Shown: positions 1 through 11,966, numbered from the stretch's first letter. The stretch is 64,000 nucleotides of DNA from Eledone cirrhosa (GCA_964016885.1 OZ024742.1:55118001-55182000); one strand, 5' to 3'. Translations and numbers: made by a program. The notes: a model not told the origin generated them from the letters alone.

Positions 1-2928
1 GCTTATAGGAACCGAGTCAATAATTTAGTTAAGCAAAAGTTGACACGGGGGATCATCAACAACAGATGGGGGAGGGGGGGGGGGCTCTCAAAAGAGAGAT
101 TAGAGTAACTTCGATAGAGTTCAGCAAAGAACTAGCGTTAGAGAAAAATAGAAAGGAGGGGGAGATGGTAGATAAGTTAGACTAGGCTATTTGTAGTGGC
201 ATTGCAACTGAGGTGCTAGCGGCGAGAATGGCATTAGACCATTTCTTCAAAGCGAAACACGAAGGTTGCATTGTCAGAGCTAAGGTGCGTGCTCTGAGAA
301 ACGAGGGAACCAAAGCTGTTCGATGGGCCCGCGTGGCGGAGGTGCAGCGTGGTAATAAAACCACAATTCGGTCTTTGGCGGACCGATACGGATACGAGAT
401 AAGCGATTCCAAGCGGATGTGTGAAGCATTTCGCCAACACTTTGCTCGGTTGTTCGGGGAGAGTGGCGAGTCAGAGAGTGTAGCGGATATCAGTCCCTAC
501 CTTGACGGCTTGTCGCGCATCTCGACGGCCGACGCTGAGCGCTGCGAAAGGCCGATTACTTCAGCTGAAATTCAGGATGCCATTGTTGGCTGCATGAGGC
601 GCAAGCCACCCGGTTTGGATGGCCTGCCCTACGAGCTTTACGTAAATATGCCAGACTTGTTCTCCGATCTCCTCGAAGCACTCTACTGCAACTGGCAGCA
701 TAATGAGAGTATTCCCAGTTCTGTGAGCAGGCAAGTGGTGACGCTGATAAGGAAATACTAGAACAAGAGGGATACATTAGACAACTTCAGGCACATAACT
801 CTGCTCAACACCGAGTTTAAGATTTTGGCCAAGGTGTTAGAAAAGTGATTGGCGCTTGTCGTCGAGGATTTGGTTGGGGAAGCGCAAACTTGCGCAATTC
901 TAGCCAGGTCTATACACGACAATCTCCACCTCATGCGATACATCATAAACAGGGTAGGGTGTAAACCTGGCTTCGGTAGGGCACTGATCAATTTAGATCA
1001 ATCGAAAGCATTCGATATGATCGACCATCAGTATCTGAAGTTTGTCCTCAAAGCGGCTGGCTTCGGCCCTCTCTTCAGAAGCTGGATCGCTGCAATGCAC
1101 AGCCGCACACATTCGGTGGTCAAGGTTAATGGCCACCTCTAGGAATCATTTCGGCTCTCCCCATCGGTCCGTCAAGGGTGCCCTCTCTCTTCCCTTCTGT
1201 ACGTATTGACTGTCGAGTCTTTACTGCGGAAACTAGAGCTGTTGCAGGGCATCCCGCTCGAACCTGGACGTGGAAAGGCGGTGTCGGCTTATGCGAACGA
1301 CATCGCCGTGATGGTGTCGGACACTTCAGAAATCGAGGTGGTCGGCACCTTATTGAAGGAATATGAAAGGTTGACAGGAGCCAAACTTAACCTGGAAAAG
1401 TCGGTGGGCTTGCAGCTCGGACCTGGAGAGGCAAGTCTATGCCGTCCAACAGCGTCCTGGGGCGCTGGACGGACGGACCGGTATATTTGCTCGGACCAGA
1501 CCTCCAGGTGGAAAAGAATTGAGACGAGGTAACGAGCAGAATAGCCAGTCTCACCCAAAAATGGGCTGGGAGGAAGCTGTCACCGAAAGGTCGCACAGAG
1601 GTGGCGAATGCGTACATTGCGTCCGTCATCTACTACCGCCTGACCGTCGTGCCTTTCCCCGTCTGCGCCTCGTCAAGTTGGAACGGCTCCTCTTCAAATT
1701 CTTGTGGAGGCGACAAGTTCCGTTGGTGAGGCGGTCCATCTGCTGCCAGCACCCTCTACGCAGACGGCTCGGCATGCCGTGGCTAATGATGTGCAGACAT
1801 GCCTTGAGGCTGCGACATCTCCAGATATTCTGCCTAAACGGTGAACAGGTGTGGTCGCTGTTTATCAGACGGGTATTTCCGCAGCTCGTTTCTTTGACTG
1901 AGCTGCAGTCCTGGGTCAAGAAGAGACTGAGACTGGGTGACTGGCACCTGGAATGTTGCCAGGCACTCACTTCGCTCTACCAAGCGAGCAATGCGATCAG
2001 TGGAACTTCCACTCTCGATTTCTATAGAGGATTAGTGGTGGGCAAGTGTGATGACGCACTCGGAGAAGCTTTGGGCCTCGACGAAGTCAAACTGACCAGT
2101 CTGTACCGGAGGATTTTCGAGACGGGGACGATCGACAATTTCCAGAAATCCCTCGCTTGGCAGTGCAACGGGGGGGGGGGCTCTGCCGGTTCGCGATCGA
2201 TAAACTCTACAGGCACGGAAGTGCTGTCAAACGGACCTGCCCAAGATGCGCACAGAACGACGAAACCGTTCTGCACGCACTTGTCCAATGTCCCTGCCTT
2301 ACTGACTTGGGGAGTTATATCGAGCAGCTACTGTCGCGTGTGGAACGAATCAGGCTATAGGCTGGGTCCATAGTGAAGATCGACCCACCGCCTTCCTTAG
2401 GTCTGGAAGGGCAGGACATTCTCCTCTGTCTGGTGGCCGTTGCGAAAGAGGTTGTAAGGTGGACCAGATTAAAAGGACTGAAGACTGACACTTTTCTCTT
2501 CGGCCAATGCCTCATCAAGTTCTTCAAGTTTCACCAGGAAAGGAAGGTGAGGGTGGAGAGAGAAGTGCCCCCCCCCCACCCCCAGTACATTTGCTAAAAG
2601 GTGGATGAATGTGCCGAGAATGGCCCGTGTGAATGGGCCTACTCTGACCATGCGCCTATAGGCTAGCTAACTTGAGTAGAGGGGTGCTCTCCCTGGGTGC
2701 CCTAGAAGCGCAGGGTGGTTCAGGATTGGTGGGGTACCTGAGTCACCCCAGGATCGTCAACCCCCTATCGGGGAATTTATTTTGTTATGTTTATGCATAG
2801 TTTATTTGATATTTTTTATATCTTCATTGTTAAATTAGTCTTGCCATTGTGCACTTTTGTAAACCCCCACTGTCCCTGTCTTTGTATTGTCCGCTACATG
2901 TCGGCCCTTGTGGCTAATAAATGAAATC
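1..2928 (+). mobile_element. Degenerate L1/Tx1-clade LINE ORF2 (RT + C-terminal zinc finger) and 3' UTR; runs off the left edge
   Basis: Broken ORFs 213-761 (KPPGLDGLPYELY), 849-1142 (LDQSKAFD), 1206-1532 (SAYANDI, the YADD box) and 2157-2360 (CPRC...HALVQC), with stops and frameshifts between them. T-rich 3' UTR ends ...cccttgtggctaataaatgaaatc. Confidence 0.9.
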
Positions 2929-2929
2929 A

Positions 2930-3130
2930 GGTGAATTGGCAGTATCGGTAGAGGGTCGGACGTCATGATTTGCAGCAAAGTGTTACGGCCCTTTATGATC
3001 TGAGTTCAAATCCCGCCTAGGTTAACTTTGCCTTTCATCCTTACGAGGTCGATAAAATAAAGTACCAGTAATGCACTGGGTAATTGCTGGCCTTGTTCCT
3101 AAAGTAGAAACAATTATTATTATCATTATT
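2930..3130 (+). mobile_element. tRNA-derived SINE, full length
   Basis: A-box-like tggcagtatcgg, B-box gagttcaaatccc, central block gcctttcatccttacgaggtcgataaaataaagtaccag and an (ATT)n tail; several copies in the window. Confidence 0.85.
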
Positions 3131-3149
3131 AACAGTTATTAGATTTATG

Positions 3150-3292
3150 GCACTGTTCGTTCTGAGTTCAAATCCAGCCGAGGTTAGCTTTGCCTTTCAT
3201 CCTTACAGGGTCGATAAAATAAAGTACCAGTAATGCAGTGGTTAATTTGCTGCCCTTGTACCAAATGTTGAAACAATTATTATTATTATTAT
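3150..3292 (+). mobile_element. Same SINE, 5'-truncated
   Basis: B box, central block and (ATT)n tail match 2930-3130. Confidence 0.8.
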
Positions 3293-4489
3293 CCAGCAAA
3301 AGAGCCAACTATTACTATAGTTGATGGCTCCACTGGAGTTGCCGTTGCTGTTATTACTATAACTACCATCGATTAATGTGATCTCTGAGTGGCTAATAAA
3401 GAAATCAATATTGTTATCAAAATTATTGCTATTGTTGTTGTTGTTTTTGTTCATGAGGTTAACCGCGGCAGTGCCGGTGATAGTGTCGTTATCATTGTTC
3501 CTTTTTGTTACTTTGTTAGTTGATGCTGATGTTATTTTTCTTAAGCTACTTGCAAAAGAATAGTGACTGGCAGATTGGTGGTAGTGGTTGTGGTAGTTGT
3601 TGTGGTGGTGGTATTGGTGATGGAGACACAGTTATGGGTTGGTAGTTTTCAGGGTTACTAAGTTGGACTGTAAGTAGCAAACTCGGAAGTACAAAACACT
3701 TTCTTTTTCTTTTTTTTTTTTCTATATTTTCCTATTCTTTCTTTCCTTTTGTTTCCCCTTACGTTTTATTATTTCTGTATTGAAAATAAGCGTTTTTCTT
3801 TCTAAGTTGTACGCTGGTTTTGTTATTTTTGTCTTTGCCCTGGTTAATTTGTGTAGTCATAGTAACGGGGTCGGCAAAGTTCAATCCAGCCTGCGGCCTT
3901 TGCAACTATCATTACGTGTAGTAATATGGATTTCACTCTGTGACTGCTTCAAAATTTAAACTAACCATTTCGAGTTTAAGGAAAAATTATTATTATTGTT
4001 ACTCAATTTGACAAATCACACAAAATACATATCCCTCTCTCTAATCTGGCCAAGTTTACACTAGCAAATAAGAAGTACCAGGGCGGCCCCAAGGAGTATT
4101 GGATTTGGTGTACTTCATATTTCTTTCGGTTACTGAATAGATCAGGGGTCGCTGCTTCTCCTGAATGTGAATAGTTTTTTTCTAACTCGAGCGAGAGTGC
4201 CTTTCCATTGTCAATTTGGATTGATCATCTGCAAAGCCGCATTGTTCTCAGAACCACTACACCAGTCTTTCGATGCGTGCAGCTGGAACTACTGCCACCC
4301 ATTGATTTGGCAGATTGTTTGTTTTTTTTTCTTGTAGATGGCCGTTGACTCTTTTGAGTTCTCCCGCCCTTTGTCAGGTTTTGTTTTTTGTCCTGCAGGT
4401 TGTCAAAATCACCATCCTCACCAAGTAAACTTTTAAAAACTAAGTTCCACAAGGCAAGCTAGGCAACAAAGCCATGTTCCGGTCTTTGA

Positions 4490-5690
4490 CGCAATGGTTA
4501 TAGTTATTATTCCTATAATATCATTATTATTATTTCCATTACTATTTTTTTTATTGCACATCATTACTGCTTTACCGAGCACAGCTTTGTGCGCCTTAGG
4601 TATTAGCAATGTAGTTTTTCTTGATGTTGTTTCTATTGTATTGATAATTCTTTTCATAATATGTATGCAATGTCTAGCTGTGTTATCTTTTGTATGCTGT
4701 ATATATTTGTAAGTCCTGGGTTATGAATTTGTCTGTATTTATCATCATTCCCAGAGCACCAATTATTATAGGTATTGTTTTTGTTTTCATTTTCCACATG
4801 CGTGTTATTTCTATCTCTAGATCTTTGTATTTTGAGACTTTCTCTATTTCCTTGGATGCTATATTGTCATCTGTGGGAAATGATACATCTATTAGAAGGC
4901 ATTTTCTTTTTGTTTGTGGTCATTGACTATCAGGTCAGTTGGATTTGATCTAGCTGTCTATGTGTATTGGCATATCCCAGAGAATGGTTGCTTTGACATT
5001 CTCTGACACTTTCTCTGGTGTGTGTTTGTATCATCTTCTTTCTGTTCGGATTTCATGATGCTGGCACACATTCCAGTGTATGAAAGTCTCACTTCTATCA
5101 TATCTATGGATGTATTCCTTTTTGGCTAGAGCTGGGAATACAGAAATGATGTGGTTGTTGGTTTCTTCCCTATCTCCACATATTCTACAGTTACTTATTT
5201 TGCTACATATTCTACAGTTACCTCTGGTAGTTTCTAGTGGATCCTGCGCTGCAATTAGAAATCCTTCCGTCTCAGCTTTTAGTCTAGTTCTGCGGAGATA
5301 CTTTTGTGTTTTCTTTGTCTACTTCCTTTCTATCTAACATTATAGGGTATTGGCCATGTACGGATTTCTCTTGCCATTAATTTAACATGGCGTTCTGGAC
5401 AGCAGTTTTCTATATAAATTTGATGTCTTTCACAATTACTCTTGTTGTGTTTTCCTTTATCTTTATTTTCCTCACAATTATCAGTTAGTCCAGTTTATAA
5501 TTTGAATATTGTGTCTTGAACACGATAAAGGTTTTTAAATTTGTTCATGTTTTGTTGCTATTTGTATTAGTTTACTTTGTTTTTTTATTAGGTATTTTTC
5601 TAGTCAAACTGTTGTTATTTTAATAGCATTTTGTAGTGCCATAAGGCCCCCTAGTGTTATTTGTAGGTATAATCTTTGTATGTCTGATTA
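4490..5690 (-). mobile_element. Degenerate R4/Dong-like (REL) LINE 3' part
   Basis: Minus strand reads ...ATILWDMPIH...KCLLIDVSFP...SKYKDLEIEITRMWKMKTKTIPIIIGALG, homologous to the C-terminus of ORF 31905-35294. Confidence 0.75.
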
Positions 5691-5940
5691 TTATAATAAT
5701 AATAATAATTATCATTATAATAATAATAATAATGATAATTATTATTATTTCATTTATCTTTCTTTTTGGTCACCACCAGCCGTACTAAGAGTGAGAAATG
5801 AAATATCATTTTTTCCATTTATCGTTTTCGGGAAACCCGTCCGACTAACTCACTCGATATGCAAATTAGACTGCTCAGCCGTTAATATGCATAAGGAAAG
5901 TATATACTTTCAAATATTCAATCGATTGACAGGAAGGTAT

Positions 5941-5983
5941 ACGGTGTTGATGACAGCTAATAAGCTAGAAACTAGTTCATCGT
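5941..5983 (+). ncRNA. Minimal type I hammerhead ribozyme motif (core UUGAUGA)
   Basis: acggtg-TTGATGA-cagct aata agcta-GAAA-ctag-TT-catcgt: stem I pairs, stem II is a hairpin, stem III is palindromic. Confidence 0.65.
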
Positions 5984-6264
5984 TCCTTTGTCAGTGTTGA
6001 ACAAAAGGGCAACGATGATTGCCGAACACTGTACGGGTAATTCGGGCTGTTTGTTTACAAACAAACCAAACATTATAATAAATGTTCGGTAAACCCATAC
6101 ATACAGGTATATATGTGTGCATGTATGTATGTATATACATAATACTGTACGTCTGTATACATATATGTATGTACGTATACATACTTATATTTAAGTATCA
6201 GCCGTAATAAGAGTGAGAAATGAAATTTCATTTTTTCCATTTATGTATATATATATATAAATGA

Positions 6265-6850
6265 TGGTTGCCCCCTCGTTATCGAGTATGGGTATTGCAC
6301 GATATACCATTATTAATAATTATTAATTAATTCTATCGTGCAATGACTGTGCGTGAAGATATTTTTTAAAGTGAGGAAAGAATGTGCACTGAGCCAATCC
6401 CACTCTCTGAGCGACAGTAGCTATAACCCGACAAGAAGAAAAGATATAGCATCATCGGTAACTACTGAGCCGCAGATTTTATAATGCAGTTATCCCAGTT
6501 TCCTGAGCTGCCTTCTCCTAGAAGAATGCCCTGACAAAGGCTAGGGGTTCTTCACTCCCAGTGGTTTAACCACGAGATCGGGTGTCCAGAGCGACTATTT
6601 CTATGTCCTCGCGCATATACATATACAAACATATGTACATGTGTATATACGTATTTACACACTTTGGGATGGCCGTCGACTCTTGTGAGTTCTTCCGCCC
6701 TTTGTTAGGTTGTGTCTTTTGTGCTGCAGGGTGTTCAAACTCACCCTCCTCACCAAGTAAACTTGGTGGGGTTGCCGGTTTAGCCACCGTCGACTCTACC
6801 ATGCGGCAGATTGTACTGGGTTACATGTTATCAGTAGCACTGAAGAGTGA
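6265..6850 (-). mobile_element. Probable RTE-type LINE 5' UTR or non-autonomous fragments (two pieces)
   Basis: GC-richer islands between microsatellites. The 6667-6762 part recurs at ~4337-4432. The motif ctaggagaagg resembles RTE 5' UTRs (from recollection). Confidence 0.4.
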
Positions 6851-6874
6851 CCCGATATACATACATATATATAT

Positions 6875-6947
<73 letters not shown>

Positions 6948-7467
6948 CGTGTGTTTGTATGTATATATATATATGTATATATACATATATATTTGCTGTA
7001 GGATATAATTGAACCCATGCTTTTAAAGACATGCATGCATACTGCTGTCTATTATATGTATATACTGTCCCGTATCCGATGCTTGAGGGAGACGTAGGGG
7101 TGATGTATTAACATACGGCATTGCTAAGGCATTTCATTTAAACCTGATGGAGCCCATCTCATCTCCCGGACTAAATACAGTAGACTCATTCCAGAGAAGT
7201 ATAGAAAGAGTTAGATAGAATGCAAGTGAGAAAGAGATAGAGGATGAAAGTTAAAGATAGCCGCTGTGGGTTTTCAACTCAGACAGCAAAAAACCAAAAC
7301 GAATACCGCCAAGCATTCTATCTAAAATTCTAATGACTCTGCCGAATCGCCGGCTTTAAGTTGTTATATATACGCCTACAAATAAAATACAGAGTTATTA
7401 ACTCATAATGATACCCAGTAATTAACAAGCTCAAAGTATAAATACTGTGCATTATATAACTTTTTTC

Positions 7468-7545
<78 letters not shown>

Positions 7546-7551
<6 letters not shown>

Positions 7552-7895
7552 AATTAGTATATCTACCAACATATATATACAGATGCATACCTATGCTAGC
7601 AAATATATACGTTTTGTCTTAGTAACTTTGTGGTTCAATGCAAAGGGATGCAGAACAATTATATGAAAGACGTAAAGTAAGAAAATTATAAAAATTAACT
7701 TACTTACTAGATTAACTTACTTACTAAATTTTAGTAAGTAAGTTAATTTTTATAATTTTCTTATTTTACGTCTTTCATATAATTGTTCTGCATCCCCTTG
7801 CATTGAACCACAAAGTTACTAAGACAAAACCTATATATTTGCTAGCATAGGTATGCATCTGTATATATATGTTGGTAGATATACCAATTCTTTAT
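7546..7895. repeat. Near-perfect fold-back palindrome, ~165-bp arms, next to (TA)n
   Basis: 7546-7709 is the reverse complement of 7731-7895. The spacer contains a direct copy of attaacttacttacta. Confidence 0.9.
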
Positions 7896-8289
7896 AAGTA
7901 TCTCCAAATTATTTTGTTGAGCAAAAAATTTGCCAAAACAACTACTATCGTTCATAGTAGTAGTCAGGCAATTGTCTTATTAGTACCCCACTCCTCACTG
8001 GTTAACCTCAATGACACGTGATTGATTCTTTTGAATTTGCCACCGACCAAGTAGGCAGTGATATTTTCAATGTCCTGGAATGTAGTCCTCGCTTGCTTTT
8101 TTCCATCCACTGATTTATTTTTGTATAAGTTCCCTGTGTCCACGCATTGTTTGGGAACTTAGCTGAGAATAGATCTCCCTGATGACGAAATGACTTTTCT
8201 CCATGTCGTTCCGATCGGAAATCATGTTTATTCCCTTTCAGAAACTAATTAGTTGGAGTGAAATTTTCTTAGTTTACGTCTTTCATATA

Positions 8290-8341
<52 letters not shown>

Positions 8342-8379
8342 TATCTGGAGAAGAAGCACACGTGTTGGGATATATATAT

Positions 8380-9040
8380 ATATGAAAACAGGGAGAAAAA
8401 GATGATTATTAGGAACGAACAATCAAACATTTATAGATACTTATGTCTCTCTAAAGAGTTACCTCCCTACACACTACCTAATCCTTTTTCTTAAATAAAT
8501 TAAATATCATTCAGCATGAATTACCTCCCCCCGCATATTAACTCTCTAAAAAGAGAACACATATCAAACCCCAGTCCACCATTTGCCTCCATCATGGATC
8601 AACTAAGCACTATTGCTATATTAACACATTTTGATCTGCTTATCTTCAAATAACATTATTTTTTCTTTCACATTGACTTATTATGCTCCACATCACGCGC
8701 CTTTTTTCTTTTTTCTTTTTTCTTTTCACTTCATAAACCTTGTTTGTAAATAACATTATTCTTTCTGAACCATTTCTTTAACATGTCCAACACCACCATT
8801 CTACACCAATTATTATTATCATTTGATAATGCTTAAACATGCAGAAACCGGTAATAGACAATTATTAAATAAATAAATAAATAAATAAATGCCATTGTTA
8901 ATTAATAAATAAATCAACTAATACCTTAACACTTCACATAAAGTAAAATATTTCGTTTTAATCTTTTTCTAACCCAGAAAAAAGAGAGAAATAAATAAAA
9001 AGGGAAAACAATAATCGTCTTTGTCTCCCCGTTTTCATAT
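8380..9040 (+). mobile_element. Non-coding element with ~30-bp imperfect inverted ends in (TA)n, containing a hammerhead
   Basis: atatgaaaacagggagaaaaagatgattatt at the left end versus aataatcgtctttgtctccccgttttcatat at the right end. Confidence 0.55.
8821..8855 (+). ncRNA. Minimal hammerhead motif, U3-A8 core variant
   Basis: at-TTGATAA-tgc ttaaacat gca-GAAA-ccgg-TA-at; stem I is weak. Confidence 0.5.
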
Positions 9041-9048
9041 ATATATAT

Positions 9049-9180
9049 AGTTTTAATATAAATGAGATTCTACAGGACTAGAACTGTTTCATTCTTTAGA
9101 AATCATCAGGAATAGATTCCTGATGATTTCTAAAGAATGAAACAGTTCTAGTCCTGTAGAATATCATCTATATTAAAACT
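9049..9180. repeat. Palindrome carrying two oppositely oriented hammerheads
   Basis: Arms of ~65 bp are reverse complements around 9114-9115. Confidence 0.9.
9116..9162 (+). ncRNA. Type I hammerhead ribozyme (canonical core); mirror copy at 9067-9113 on the minus strand
   Basis: attc-CTGATGA-tttctaaagaat-GAAA-cag ttctagtc ctg-TA-gaat, with GUA cleavage triplet. Confidence 0.8.
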
Positions 9181-9246
9181 GTTATACTCTGCAATGTATT
9201 GAGTACCTTAATTACTGTGGTTACCTCCGATTCAAACTTTAACACC

Positions 9247-9315
<69 letters not shown>

Positions 9316-9339
9316 ATATTTATTAAAATAACAGATTAA

Positions 9340-9390
9340 AGTTTAAGCAAAGAATCGCTGCTTTCACCCTTAACGCGATCTTCTGAAACT
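9340..9390 (-). ncRNA. Hammerhead-like motif with CAGAAGA core
   Basis: agttt-CAGAAGA-tcgcgttaagggt-GAAA-gca...tgc-TT-aaact; second copy at 22715-22765. Confidence 0.45.
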
Positions 9391-9522
9391 AAGAAAGTTA
9401 ATCTGTTATTTTAATAAATATTTGCTCTACGGTTCTTATATATTTGATATATATTTATCCTTATCGAGCACTCTTTGGATTTTAGTCTTCAAATTTATTA
9501 TTATTACTATATATATATATAC

Positions 9523-9609
<87 letters not shown>

Positions 9610-9967
9610 TAGATTAATTTAGTACGATGTATCGATGTTAGTGCAAACATCAGCATTTTCCTAAACCGTCATTAAATATTGTTATATCTCTTGGGCGTAA
9701 TTAATAGAAACTTATAAATCGCTATATTCAGCCAAATCTTACGAAATATTACACAAGGAAATTAATATTATTATTAAATTCCTCCATGCCAGCGTAATTC
9801 AGTTAAATATAATAAATCCTTCCTTATTTATCTTTTAAATCATTCTATAAACTTATGTGCGGTCACGCCGCAAACTATTCCCCAGAAAAAAGATTGTCGA
9901 AACACACACCGTCACATATTATATATATATATATGTGTAAGTGTGTGTGTGTGTGTGTGAATGTGTG

Positions 9968-10046
<79 letters not shown>

Positions 10047-10275
10047 TTATTAATCTCTCTAATTGGCATCTCTGAAAACATATTGTACCCAAACAGGCTG
10101 TAGGTGGAATATCTCATCTAATCAAAACTATTCGCCATTCACTAAGGAACTATTTGTTTATATATAAGCCTTAACATGTATAAATTAATATGTATAAATA
10201 TACACGGTCTGCATACTCATATGCACATACAAAATGAGCACACACCTTCGTGAATGTATACATATATATATAAAT

Positions 10276-10534
10276 CTAGGGCGGGTAAAATTCCCAAGAT
10301 CCATGGACGAGTTCTCTCCACCAGTCTCTGTCGTCCCTCATTATCGCTGCCATGTCCTGCGTTTCGAACAGACCAGTGTCTGTCCTTAGGGCATCAACAT
10401 ACGTTAACCTTGGTCTTCTCCTTCCAGTGTGTCCATGCAGGGGCTCACACAGGAGCACTGAGTGCAGTGTCAACTCTGGACGTCGGTGAGCATGTCCAGC
10501 TAACCTCAGTCTCTTCTGTGTCACTTTTTAGCTG

Positions 10535-10540
<6 letters not shown>
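10276..10540 (-). mobile_element. RTE-like LINE 3' fragment
   Basis: RLRLAGHAHRRPE...GRRRPRLTYVD...DRDWWR, a typical RTE C-terminus. Confidence 0.75.
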
Positions 10541-10584
<44 letters not shown>

Positions 10585-10644
10585 CAAGGCTATGATACCA
10601 TCAACACTATAAACACAGAGCTGGCATATCTAAGAACTGACTAA

Positions 10645-10698
10645 CTGCCTGATGAGGTCATAGCCATTCAATGGCTATCATCGAAATATACATAGCAG
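10645..10698 (+). ncRNA. Type I hammerhead motif (canonical core)
   Basis: ctgc-CTGATGA-ggtcatagcc attcaat ggctatcatc-GAAA-tataca-TA-gcag. Confidence 0.7.
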
Positions 10699-10740
10699 CA
10701 AATAAAGGATTATGAGTTCATGAAATTGACTTATGTTTCG

Positions 10741-10816
<76 letters not shown>

Positions 10817-10874
10817 TATATATGTATATATATATATATCATCTGTGTCACTTTTGAGCTGATTTTATATATAT

Positions 10875-11134
10875 AAGTCAGCTCAAAAGTGACGCAGAGG
10901 AGACTGAGGTTAGCAGGACATGCTCACCGACATCCAGAGTTGACACTGCACTCAGTGCTCCTGTGGGATCCCCTGCATGGACACACTGGAAGAGGAAGAC
11001 CAAGGTTAACGTATGTTGATGCCCTAAGGACAGACACTCGTCTGTTCGAGATGCAGGACATGGCAGCGATAATCAGGGACAGAGACCGCTGGAGAGAACT
11101 TGTCCATGGATCTCGGGAATTTTACCCGCTCTAG
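10875..11134 (+). mobile_element. RTE-like LINE 3' fragment (inverted twin)
   Basis: ORF 10889-11134: RRLRLAGHAHRHPE...GRGRPRLTYVD. Confidence 0.75.
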
Positions 11135-11394
11135 ATATATATATATATATATACATACAGGAAGGTTTATGCTCATTTTGTATGTGTATATGAGTATGCA
11201 GACCGTGTATCTTTATACATATTAATGTATGTATGCAGGCTTATATATAAAAAAAATAGTGAATGGCGAATAGTTGTGATTAGATGAGATATTCCATCTA
11301 GAGCATGTGTTTTCAGAGATGCCAATTAGAGAAATTAAATTGGAATTTGATATAATTGATTGTGTAAATACTTTTATTTACAGCTACACAAATA

Positions 11395-11480
<86 letters not shown>

Positions 11481-11501
11481 TATATATATATATATATATA
11501 T

Positions 11502-11966
11502 GAATGTATATATAATGTATTTTGCAGTACACTTTATGCTTAATTAAAAGCATTTTGAAGACCGTATGCTATTGTTTTAGAGTAGTGACAAACTCACTTA
11601 CTTTAATCTCAGCAAACAAGGGGAGATAAGCCGACAAGGCCTTGTTTCGCATTTATTGATGCTTATCAAGGCTAACTACTCCCTCCTGTCTACTGAGATC
11701 ACTGATGTTATATTCTTATAGAATTCTAGTAAATAATCAGGAACTGATTATACAGAGCGGTTGCCGGTCAGGCAGAAATTAAAAATTAGAATTGGAGCTC
11801 TGAAATAGCAATATATATATGAATGTATATATAATGTATTTTGGAATACACTTTATGCTTAATTAAAAGCATTTTGAAGACCGTATGCTATTGTTTTAGA
11901 GTAGTGACAAACTCACTTACTTTAATCTCAGCAAACAAGGGGAGATAAGCCGACAAAGCCTTGTTT
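11502..11966 (-). repeat. 1.5-copy direct repeat, period 319 nt, with a hammerhead
   Basis: 11502-11647 is repeated at 11821-11966. Confidence 0.85.
11629..11673 (-). ncRNA. Type I hammerhead, U3-A8 core variant
   Basis: Minus strand: agcc-TTGATAA-gcat caataa atgc-GAAA-caag gc cttg-TC-ggct (GUC triplet). Stem I extends, with bulges, to 11606/11699. Confidence 0.75.

Larger units (their letters stand above)
10051..11338. repeat. Inverted duplication (~480-bp arms) containing RTE 3' ends
   Basis: 10051-10540 is the reverse complement of ~10869-11338. Confidence 0.85.

Noticed and set aside
2930-3020. tRNA gene (A and B boxes present)
   Set aside because: No clean cloverleaf; it continues into a SINE body and is multi-copy.
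8175-8235. CTGATGA...GAAA as a further hammerhead
   Set aside because: No convincing stem I/stem III closure could be built.
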